Shown: piece after piece, positions 12,701-25,854 of the stretch
Layout of the letters: every line of letters begins with the position of its first letter
Numbering within the stretch: position 1 is the stretch's first letter
NCBI GenBank assembly: GCA_012295275.1
Contig: CM022665.1
Location: 10,726,001 to 10,790,000 of the forward strand
Direction: 5' to 3'
Length of the DNA stretch: 64,000 bases
DNA from: Chrysomallon squamiferum
Taxonomy: Eukaryota; Animalia; Mollusca
Position numbers and translations under genes: made by a program
The notes under the pieces: generated by a model
Databases searched by the model: none
What the model saw: only the letters and a program-made list of their open reading frames with translations
What the model was told of the DNA's origin: nothing

Positions 12701-14954
12701 CAGGAAAATGTTAACTTTCATATATTTTTTTTAATATATAATTGTGAAGTATGCATTCTAGCAGTATCAGTATAAGTTACAGTAAGTAAGTTCATTTAGA
12801 TGTGGAAAATCGCATTAAAGTAAAAAATTTAATAATAATAAGAAGAAAGATATAAATGTATTTTTAAAAAACTAAATAATGATCCACTCACTGTGACTCA
12901 GCTTTTACAGCAGGTAATTGATACTTCATTTGCTAAGACTCGTAAGAGCCAATAAAATAGTAATTAATTTTAGCCTGTTTATTCACATACTAGAGAATGT
13001 TCAGTGTAGATAACATGTACCAGCATGAAGTTCTTTTAATAACAGATTTCATTTTTGTTTTGTTTTCTTAGTCTTGGGAAAGTCACTTTTTTCAGGGTTT
13101 TTTGTTTGTTTGTTTGTTTGTTTGTTGTTGTTTTTTTAAAGATCAAGAATGGCATGTAAATTAATGTTTATTTCAGTCCTGTTCAGAATGTGCATCAGGT
13201 TAATTTTCTGTTCTAACCAGTGCTTCATGACCATTTTATCAAAACCATGATTTTATGTTATTTGTTGTGTTAGCAGAGACATTTACAAAAGATGCCTTGC
13301 TGCTCATTTATAAAATGGTCTGTCACGTGGTTGTAAGAGGTTTCTTCTTGTGTCTTTTTTTGTTGTTGTTGTATGTGTGTTTACCTTCTACTTATTCAGC
13401 ATGTTTATCACACATGGAGTTCATTGCCATTAAACATGTTGAGTGGATGGAAATGGTCTGTAATGTGTCAAACTGTTAGCTATTGTAACAGATTGACCTT
13501 ACTAGTTGTAAATGATAATAATAGTACTGCAGTGGGGTGATCATTAAAATAACAACTGGAACTGATACTTTATATAATGTTATGAAATATGCATATGTTC
13601 TGAATCAGAGGATCTGTTTGCCCTAAAATGTTTTCTAGTATCAGAAAAATACAACTGGCATATACACAATGACAAAACAAATGTCAGCTCTAAAGGAAGA
13701 AAATGGCAGTGTTCAAATTTCATACATTGTTATGAGTGATGATAGGTGATGCAGAACAATAAAACAACACGAAAGTATAAATAATTTTATTAGATCATTT
13801 ATTTGTACCATTACTGGTGTACTTTAATCCCAGGCTTTTCAGAGATGTCCTCATGATGGGCATGTTACAAATGATTGATAGATTTATTTGCTGAGTTTTG
13901 TAACTAGATTAAATTGTTTAACATCATCCGATACTTCATTTTTGTTTTCTAAACAGTTTACAGTTTACAGGATTTAAAAAAAAAAAAAAAAAATTTAAAT
14001 CTGATTGTGTTTTCCTGTCTGTGAAAAGATATATATATATATATATACATAAAAATCTCTTCCTACTTACTGATAAAAGTATGACCAATATCTAATTAGT
14101 ATAATATTAATACAATTTTAACATTATAATGCGATTTAATTAAACATTCATCACATTATTAATTAATTCCTAATTAAATACCTATAATTTAGTTTAAATT
14201 ATTTACTATATAGTATATCTATTTGTTTGGGTGGGGTTTTTTTGTTTGTTTTCTATACTAATGATGTATTGTCTGTAAATAACATGCTGATAGCACACAA
14301 CAATAGTAGAAAGAGCAGAACATGTACAGAACTGGCACACTGACAATTTACTGAGTAATGTTTAAAAAAAAAATAATAATAAAAAAATAAAAAATAGCTG
14401 TTTATAGCTTTGGCTTTAAGTAACAGATTATAACTTTTATGAAAACCAGTTTTGTGAACTTGTTGAAATATACTTAATTAGATATCCTGTTCTATGTAAA
14501 AACAGTTATTTTTTATTTGTCTCTATCTAGTCTATGTATAATTAATATATTTCATATATACATATTTATTTTCTGTTTTCATGTTGTTGTTTTTTTAAGA
14601 TTGATTGTAATTTCACAGTTGAAGATACTGTTAAATGTTGTATGTTACTGTCACTGATTGCAGTTCATTTTACATAGTCAAGTTAAGATATTTAAAAAAT
14701 AATATTTGTCTGTGCATATGTAAAATAGATATGTATGCTTATTTAATTGATTATTTGACTGCATAATTATTAGTTACATGAAGTCCTCGATATTGAATAC
14801 ACACACACATTCATCTACTTGCACATACACCCAAGCTGAATGATAGGACATTTTAGTATTTGTTATATTTTCTTTTTTTATAATATTTCAGGACAACATT
14901 TCTTTTAGTCATTGGATATTGATGATGTTGGCACCATGATGGACATCTTGAACC

Positions 14955-16938
14955 ATGTGTAAGTATAATTAATTTGCATTTACAGCTTACGTGTGTGTGT
15001 GTGTGTGTTGTATTATTATTATCATTATTATTATTATTGCACAGCTGATAACATTTTCATACATTTAGTTCTGATTTACAATCAGTGAAAGTTTTATGCA
15101 CTGTGATATCAGGACAGATCTGTGTTTATCAGTATTCTTTATATATTTTACTGTTATAGAAAAACATTTTGTAACAATATGTCACTGTTATTTTATTTTA
15201 TTTTTTTATAATTTATATTTTGAATTTTTATATATTTATTTTTTTTTATTTTATATATATATATATATATATTAAATGTATTTATTTATTATTTTTTAAA
15301 GTGTAGTTCTTTCTCATCAGATGTCTATAAACTAGTGACCCAGAAAGTACTATGAAGTTTGACAAACCCCTGTAGTTCAGTTATCTCTCTTACATACATT
15401 ATTGTTTAGATATGTTGTCAAACCTGTTTTTGTTCATTTATCTTCAACATCACTGTCTTGGTCATGTTTTTCAAAGAAGGAAACTGAATATTTAAACAAT
15501 ACTTAATATTATCTATTATGACAAAGAAATTCATGTCTTATTCAAAATGAGTAGATTCCGAACAGTAACTGATTAAGTGTTATTTTTCAGTTGTTCGTGA
15601 ACAATTGTTTAAATATTGTTTTATTGTATAGATTCAAGTGAGTATATGTGTATTGCATTACTCCTACATGTTTTCAGTTTATTTCATGATATTTTTGATG
15701 TTTTTGGTTATATACACAACATTTGTCTATTGACTATGGCATCCAAGAAGAAAGTAGAAGTAAATGCAATTTTCAGTGTATTTTGTTTTCATGTTTTAAT
15801 TCATTATTTAGGGCATTTAATTGTGTCATTTTTGCTTAAATTGTGTTTATTTGCTGTTTAACTTTACTGACATGAGTATTATTGAGGATCTGGGAACCAG
15901 TTAATTTACTTTCCATTATTTTTAATGGGGAAAATTGATTCAGAGTTTGAATGGCCTAAAATGAATTAAATTTGATGTTTGAGGTATCATTGTGTATGTA
16001 TGTATGTAGGTATGTGTGTATATGAGACTATGTATGTGTCTATAAATAAAATTAGTCACATTATTAGAAAAGTAATTATAATTTGTGTTGTCGTGATGCT
16101 GAACTTATTTGAAGAAACCAAAACGTAAATTATTAATTCCTGTTTGTAATAACATAACTTTATTACTGCATCAATACTTAGTTAACAATATTGATATATT
16201 TGTGTAATATACTTCAATCTGTGATCAAAACAGTAATTTTATAAGAAAATCAATGAAGGATTCCTCTGTTCAGTGAACTGATGATAATTATTGTGTCACA
16301 CTTATTTTATATATTTTGCCAATTTTACCTGTGTTCCATATTTAGTTAACTCTGTTAGGTGATCTGTTTGGCGAATTAATATTAGACATCAGTAAATTAA
16401 TTGGTATGGGTGTTAGTTCTGTTTTACTAGTGTTATAAATATAAGGACTTGGTATGTAATAGCCATTAACTAATGTACTTGTGCATTAAAAAAAAAAAAA
16501 AATGTAAATTTTTAACTGACTGTGGCTGGCAATCCCAGCCTAATGTTTCATAAATCATGATAAAATTTCCTATGTGGAATTTTAATATCACAGATCAGTA
16601 ATACAGTGATATATACTTTGTTATAATGGTAATGATTTTTGAAAAAAAATGTATTACTTATTTTATTTTATTTTTAATTCATTTTAAAATAATCCTTTGT
16701 TAGTTTCTCTTGAATTTTTTTTATTTTCTAAGTTAGTTTATCTGGAGTCTCTTCCTATTTCAGAGTCATAACACATATTTATTCATATTTAACTGTCAAG
16801 TGCTTAATAATTCTAACATTGATGTATGTTAATGTTGTGTTACATCACTGATATTGATTTTCTCAGAAATAAGCCAACAGTAATTGTAACGGTAATTCTG
16901 TTGTATTTTTACATATCTGTATGTGCTGGATGTGTTGG

Positions 16939-16997
<59 letters not shown>

Positions 16998-19152
16998 TGT
17001 GTGTGAGTGCTGATAGCCATTTTGTATATTCATGCTGCAAATTCACAAAAATGAATTATAAACTGTCAGGTATCATAATTATTGTAATAATAAATCACAT
17101 ACAGTTGTGTATAAATCAGGGATTTAAAAAAAAAAATAATAATAAAAAAATGATAAAGTGAACAAATAAAAACCTTTGCTTTGATAAATTTATAAAGAAC
17201 TGTTTGAAATCTCTGCATGTGTATGCAGGTATATACATATATGTGGGCACTTGTATACACACAAGGAGACAAACACATATACACATGCACATACACACAC
17301 ACACACACACACACTTTCAGTAAAGTCCAACAATACACATAATTAAGCAGCAAGTAAAAAGGATTTCCAAGAGAAATGAAATCATTATGGAGAGAAAAGA
17401 AATGCACCTAAATTATATACTACAATAATTTAACTACAGTACGCAAACTAATCTAGGATAAGGGAAGCAAACACTTTTTCACCATATATTCTTGCTTGTT
17501 ACAAACACACAGCTCTGCATAATGAAAGCATTATGCAGTTCGATTTGCTGATGAGAGCCAACTGGCATTAAAACTTAAAGCTGTTGTTTTGGATCAATAC
17601 ACCATCATCATCAGCTATATACTATGAGTTTGTCATATCTGGCTGAGAAATATGTAATAATAACGATAATAACACTATCATTTTCTCCAGTGTAATAAAA
17701 ATATTAATAGTATTAATAGTATTTTGACATGGGTAATTTGGAATTAATTAATACAAGGCAAGGACGTGTCTTGAATATGATAGACAATACTGGAAGTCAG
17801 AAACACTCTAACCCCGAAACAGTATATTTTGTAAGTCACAATGGTTAGGTAAAATCTCTTTAAGTCACAGATGGAATTGTCTGTCTTGCATGAAGTCTAA
17901 ATGGCTTGAAGATATTAACAAAAGACAATTTAAAAAATATTTGGGCCTAAACATGTAACCAGCGATAAAAAATCTGGTACACATAAATATTGAAAAGTTA
18001 AAAAAAAATTAATACGTAATATTAATAATAAAGGTTTACTATAATAGGGAAAACCCATTGATTTAATATTAATGTTGATCTAGGATTGGTAATGAGATTT
18101 CTTTCGTTTATTTTTTTTTATTTATTATTTTTTTTATTTTTTTCTCAATAAAACTGTTCTTTTTTGTTTTGTCTCATAAATCTGACATATGTCAGGCCTG
18201 CAACATTGCAGAGTTCTGATAAATTCCAGTGGAAATCAGTCTGGCAAATATCATTGTGTCCAAGCAAGACCTGTTAAATTGTTTCCGTGGCATTTTCCAA
18301 GCCTGGCCTTAATGCTCTTGTTAAGTCCTCGTGTTTTCTAACATCTTTTTTTTTTTTTTTTTCATTCTGCACTGGAACAGGAAGCTGTTATTACTTGCCA
18401 ATTATGATGTTGTTTTTTGTTGTTTTTTAAAAGAACAATTCATATTAATATTCATATTTATGAACATGTGAATATTATTTTTAGCAAATTTTAAACAAGG
18501 GTATTTATTAAACCAAATATTCCAAAAAATATTTACTGTATTAAAATAACAATAAAAAAACCAGGAGAAATTTTATATATTTGAGACCAAAAAATTAATA
18601 CATCTGTAAATTAATTTGCCCATTGATAAAAGATGCAGTGTTTTTATGCAGATAAATGATGAAATAAATTTACATTTTATCCTACTAGTTACTGGCTGAA
18701 TTTCAAAGAAAATTCATTAAAAAAAAGTATTTAATTTCAATTTCTACCTTTTTTACAACATAAAATCAGTTACAAAACAATAAGTTTCTTACATGTACTT
18801 GATCTCATACATTTTATTTAAATTGTCAGAATACATCAGCTATTAAAAGCACCTCAGTCCTTTCAGACTTTTGTAGTCAACTGACATCAACAGGATCATA
18901 AGAGATTTTATACTTCAGTATAATCTCTGAATGCCTTTGTTTATTAATGCATGTGACAAATAAAGTTTACAAATTGTTCATCTGATAAATCAGAATAGAT
19001 TACTTGTTGAATAGACACAACAGATTTCAGTGAAAAGAAATAAGATAGTCTCTAAGTTTATTTCTGTTAAAAATGCTGTCTTCAACAAACAGTAAGTCCT
19101 AATTGTGGAATACTGAAATCTAGCTCATTAATTAGAATAATATATGATATAA

Positions 19153-19206
<54 letters not shown>

Positions 19207-22200
19207 CATGTTGAATGTTAGTCCAGACATGCTTGAGAAGTATATATGTATTCCTATATTTGTAAAATGCATACTAAATAAGGCTGCAGCTTTGACTACC
19301 AGGACTTGAAAATTTCTCATTTATTAAGTTAACTGCTCAGTCTTCAAACAGAATATTAAATATAAACAAGTGGTCTGGATAATTGGTTCAGAATTCAGAA
19401 CATCCAGTGGGGTGTCTGGAATTTTGGAATTACTTTTCGTGATTAAATCACATTAGTAAAAACACAGGACCATGAAGAAAGTTTTGTTTTGATGTAATTT
19501 TGGTCTTAAAGGAGATTCACTACACATCTTCTGGTTTTAAAACTTGTTAATAAATGTGTTGTTGTTGTTTGTTGTTTTTTCTCATAATAAAGATTTGAAT
19601 TCTATATTTTTTTATTTTATATTTTTTTTATAGCCACTAGTACCTTAACTGAATATGATGAGATGCAACAAGCTGCTCGGGAGAGAGCAGAGATTGTTGC
19701 TAAATATGATAAGGTATGTAATACACTGAGTATATTCTACACTATTATATATATATATATATTGGTATATTTAACCCAAAATTACAGCATATTCAGTATT
19801 AAGACAGGAAGAATTATAATTAATTGGTATTTATTTACAGACTAAAATTATCTGCATTATGTTACTAACTACATTACTGAGTCTGTTAAACTCTGTTCAA
19901 TAGAAGAAGACTATATAATATATTATTCACTAAAATAAATTTTCGTACTACTTTTTTAGAGCAACCATTTTGTCCTTTCAAACATATTAGTACCAATGAA
20001 ATACATATAATTAAGCGCTCATTTTCTTAATTTAGTTACATCACTGTTTGTTAATGAATATTAATTTATTAGTAATTTCCTAATATTTTAATACAGTTGT
20101 TGAATTGTTGAATATTTTTTATGGTTGCACATGAGAAGAAGATTTAGCATATAAAAATTAATACATTTAACAGTTTCTTAGTATCTTGATACAGAAATTA
20201 CATTATTGAATACTGACTGTGATTGCAGGGCAGAGAGGAAGTTAATATATAAAAATTAACACATTTAACAGTTTCTTGGTATTTGAATATAATAACTTGA
20301 TTATAGAGTTTAGTTTATAAAAATTGACACTTACAGTAGTTTCCTAATATTTTAATATAGTAGCTGAACTGTTGAATATTGTAGTTAATTTTTTTAAAAT
20401 AACACCTTTCGTAACTCCCTTATACATTAATAAAGAATCTTAATTGAATATTATGTGTTGTTGTAAAGGGCTGGGTCAGGAAAGGTTGGTTTATAAAAAT
20501 TAAAATGTTTGGTAGTTTCCTTGTTGTTGACTATTATTTGTGGTTACAGGGGCGAGAGGAAGGCGCACAGATTGACCCATGGGAAGATCCAGCGTTTGAA
20601 GTTTATCATGTCACAGACAGATATGGATTTATTCAGTGAGTCATCATTGTACTTTATTTATCTGTGTTTAAAACAGGAAGAGGCATTTTCAATAATTAGG
20701 AAATTGTGCATTACATCTGTTGCATTAACACCCATCTCTCTCTCTCCCTCTCCCTCTCTCCCTCTCCCTTCCTTCTCTCTCTCCATTCACAGGACTTCTA
20801 CTCCAAATGTGGTTTTTTTTTACAGAACATGAAAACCTTCCATTCCTCATTTAACTAGAAATGTATTTATTAGTTAGATATTTTACTTTTACAAAGCATT
20901 AATAATACATAAAGAAGGCATGAAGTTTACCTGTTACATTGAAACATACTGGAATCATTTTTTTAATTTTTTTTTTTTAATGTTATTTCAGTGACACACC
21001 TCTGCCAGAAAATCCTGATGCAGTTGAAGCCAAGGTATAAAAATGTTTTAATTTATTTTTAATTTTTTTAAAGTTTGTTTTGTTCTTTGTTTTTTGTTTT
21101 TTGTTGCTGTTGTTATACAAAAAATAAATCCCCAAATTCACTCTTCCTAAACAAGAGGATACAAACCCATACACTGGCCAGAAAATCTTTGCAAATAGTT
21201 GCAAAGTTTCCAGTTGTCTACAGCATTATTATTATTTTTTTTTTTCAGGGATAATTGTCTTTGTTTTTAATATTTTATTTATTTCCGAGTTGAAAACATT
21301 AACAATTAAAATGCTGGATTCACCAGTTTTTTCCAATTTTTCCAAGTTTAACTGCATTATATTCATTTTACTGTATAACTGTATACCAAATAATTAATAA
21401 TAAATATAATTGATCTTAATGTCATAAAAAATAAAGTATTTTTCTTACCTGTGCAATTTCAGACACTTGCCCATGAAGTGGAAAGAACTCAAAAATGGCT
21501 GAAGATGTTGAAAAACTGGGAAAAATATTACCCTGGGGAAAAGGTGTGAATATATGTATATTATTCTAGAACTGTGATTCTTAACCATTTATTTCTTCAG
21601 CACCTAGTTTCATGTCTTCATCCGAGTATTTATGGAACCAAATACTCAGAAAATATTTATCTTAGAAACTCAAAACAACATATAAATTTGTGACAATGAA
21701 ATGAATCTTGCAAATTAATTTGTGAGGATCAGGCCACTAAGTTAAATTTTATCCTTGAGATACAAGTACCATGAAATACACTGTGTAGTTAAAAAAATTC
21801 ATTTTTCATTTTAAATATATAAAGTTTTCCCATCTTCCTTTGTTCTCCTACCATCCCAAGGAAGTGCTATCGCTCCAGCTCAGTCATGCAACAAATGAAT
21901 TAAAGTTCAATTAACAGACTAAAAAAATATATAAATATCAATGTCTTTTTAATTTTAACAAACAAAATTTTAAATAATATATTTGAATAAAAATCAAAAA
22001 GAAAAGTATGTCACATGAACTTAGATTTATGATTATTAAAATAATACTGAATGTGTTGTAATATATCTTGTTTATATGTAGCTGACTCGACGTATTTACA
22101 AAGGCATTCCTGACAGACTGCGTGGTGAAGTCTGGTCTCGTCTTTTAAATATTAAGAAGGTCATGGCTGAACAGGAGGGCATATATGAGGTGAGTGAGTA

Positions 22201-23814
22201 TATATGTGAATATGCATTTATATGTATATGAAAATACATGTGTGTCTGCGTGTTTGTAGTTTTAATCTCATTATTAAATCTTGACACCAAAACTGATTAC
22301 CAAATAAACAAACATTTTAAAAAACAACAAACAAAAACAAATTGACATTATAAAAGAAAATGTAATAAAAAATCACTGTTGTATTTATTATAGTACAAAT
22401 TACAATAATAGAAAAATGTGCAGTTTATTATTAGTTTTTATACATCTTAATTTCATACCTACTTGCAAAGTGTTAACCAAAATCTTTTAAGCAGGTAAGT
22501 ATCATATTTTCTAAGGATAGATTTCTTATTTATTATTAATTTAGAATAATTTTAAAAGATGTTTGTTTTTATGAAATGTGCATTTTCATTCTATTATAAT
22601 AAGGGAAATAAAGATTTTGAAAATTATAATTAAAGATTTCATTATTTTATTTTGTTTTGTCTACAAAGAAAATGAAGCAGCGAGCCAGACAGAAATCAAC
22701 TTCAATTCGTCAGATTGACTTAGATGTTAACAGAACGTACAGAAATCATATAATGTTTAGAGAAAGATATGGTGTAAAGTAAGTAAATTTCTTCTTTTCA
22801 TAGTTAAAATGTGTGTATGTATTTATATTCTTTTTCTTTTAACCACAAACTTTAAGTCTGTGTAAATATATTTATAATTATATGTGTGTCAGAGCATGCA
22901 AAAATCAGCAGTAAGTCACACACCATGTTTTGATTCTATCAAGCATTACCTTCACTTGTGCAAAAAATATTTAATAAAATTCATTTTCCACTTCTTTAAT
23001 GCTTCACCTTAAAATCTATTTATTTCTGAAGTTTTATCATGGTGCAATAACATGCAACTTATCTTCCTTTATTCACCCACTTTGTGGTAGGAAAACATCT
23101 TTTTATAAGTAAAATGTAGTTAAAAAACATTTTCAACCTGGTTTCTTTCATTTGTAATAATTATGTTTTTAAATAAATAGTTTCTTTTACTTCTGTGAGT
23201 CTTGCTAGTTGTTTTGATACCACACACTTGCTACACAAAATTATGGGTCTTTAGTTACAATCATTAAAATGTCGCTCAAGTTGGTGGTGCATTTTCCGCA
23301 AATGGTGGCGTCGATTATTTAGCAACTCGAAAGTTGCACATCTTCATTGTGTGTGTGTCTCTGTCTGTCTGTCTGTTTATTTCTCTTCATTTACCTAAAT
23401 AATAATATAATTTTGTCAGATGCATCTAGTATTCATGATTTTCCTGTACACCATCACATACACTTGAAAGTTTATGATTAGAATTAAGTGGTATGTGAAA
23501 CTTGACAAATGTTGACCATAAAAAGTTATTTTAGTGTGTTACTGTTTTGTGCTAAATAAACTTTATCAAAAAATTTAATCATTTAGAAATATATATGTAT
23601 AAAATTTTCTATCAGTAAGAAAAAAATATGTATATATTTTTTTGGCATTCTCCAAATTTAGTTACATGTTATAAACATTTCTAACTCTTACATTAAAAGC
23701 ATTGGTTTTACAGAATGTATTATCTTGTTGATATTTTAACAACATATGATAAAAATCAGTTTTCACTGATTATTCAAATTTTGAAAAATAATATATTTGT
23801 TAGTATTCTTTATT

Positions 23815-23845
<31 letters not shown>

Positions 23846-25792
23846 TTGGATTCTAGCTGCTTCATTTTCCACTTTTAAGAAATATTGTATTTAATGTCAT
23901 GTAAATTTACTTTTGTCTTAATAGTTGTTAAATTACTATTTTTATTTTACATTATTTTAATGATACAGTAAATATTTATATCTTTTACACGACACTAAAA
24001 TGGATGCTAGCTACATTTTCTGAAGCATTTAACTGATTAATATGTTAACCAAACTGAATTTATCTTAAATGTTATTTTGTTACTCTGGCTTGCTTCATCA
24101 TTGTCTGTGACACTTTGTTTGTGAAAACTAGTAAAAAATGTTTTGGATAATTCACATAAAAATTGTAATTAATGTCTTGAAGATTGAAATTATACTTTAG
24201 GATGTTATTTATTTAATTTATTTTTTCAGTTTTTATAAAATCTCACTTTTTTTTTATCAGTGATAAAATGCATTCCAGTTACTAAATTTTTGTTCTGTTA
24301 TGTAAACTGATTTAAATGTTGATAAATCTGGTTTTTGTTTTCTGAAATCATTGCTGTGGCAATTATATGGGATTTGTGATGGGAGAGATTTTTTGTTTAT
24401 TTTTAAATCAGCTCTAAAATGCCTTCCAAGCACTAAAGATTTTTAGAAATTGTGATTAGTTTTTGTATTTATTATTTATTTTTTATTTTATTTATTTATT
24501 TATTTTTTTTTTTTTATTTTTTTTTTTATTTTTTTTTTAAATCAGCTGTAAAATGTTGATAAATCTAATTTTGTCTTGAACAAGTAGATAAAACCATTAC
24601 CGTTGCAACTGCTTTATTTATTTATTTATAGTTTTTAAATTGTGCTTGAATTACTGATAATTTTTTTTTTCTATTTTTCTTTTTTAATCTTGCAGACAAC
24701 AGGCTTTGTTCCATGTGTTGGCTGCTTACTCTGTTTATAACACAGAAGTTGGTTATTGCCAGGGGATGAGTGAGATAGCTGCTCTTTTACTAATGTACCT
24801 AAATGAAGAGGTAGTTCTAACTTACAATTATAGCATGGTTATTTATAAAACATATTTATTTATTTTACATGTAATTATGATAAGGATAAAGATTGTGTTA
24901 AATAAAAGGGTATGATGTACATTTAAAATTTTCAGATTATTTATTTATTTATTTTTGTTACTATTATTATGATTATTATTATTATTAATATTATTTGTTA
25001 CTTATTTATTGGTAATGATTTTGTTTTTACTTTTATAATGTTATGTCTGTTAGATAATTGTTTCTCTCTTTTATTTTAAATTTATTTTATTTAATATTAA
25101 GCATAAACATATTATTTATATGTTCTTTTTTCTGTTTCTCAATCTAAATACAAAAATTTAATGGTTATAATGTTTTTGACTGAATTATTTATTTATTTAT
25201 TGATTTATTTATTGATTTATATATTTTTAATTTGTTTTTTCAAAATCAATGTATTATTGTTATTATTATTATTATTATTTAATTTATGTTTTATATTTGC
25301 AGGAGGCATTTTGGGGACTGTCGCAGTTGTTTATTGATGAAAAGCACACTGTACATGGTGAGTTTGTTTTGCACTGAATTATTTATAATGTTATCATTTA
25401 CATTACAATCACATATTGTTCTGTTATCTCTGCACTAGAACATTACACCACGTTTTCTTCAGAAATAAGTGTTTTGTAAATGCACATCATCCTAAATTTA
25501 TTTCATCAAAGCATGCATTGTCTATTTTAAATACTTGAAACATTAATTACATCTTTTTTTTGATGCAAGGCAGTTTTGTAAATGTGACTTTATAAATATG
25601 GAATTAGATAATGGTAGATGTTGTGGTTGTTTTTAGTGTTAGTGTTTTATTATTATTATTATTTTCAGAGAATTTACTAAATATTAATTATTATCTACTT
25701 ATTTATTTATATTACTATTATTACTATTGTACTTATTATTATTATTATTATTATTATTTACAACTGTAAAGATGAGCTGATAAATGTTTTCA

Positions 25793-25854
<62 letters not shown>

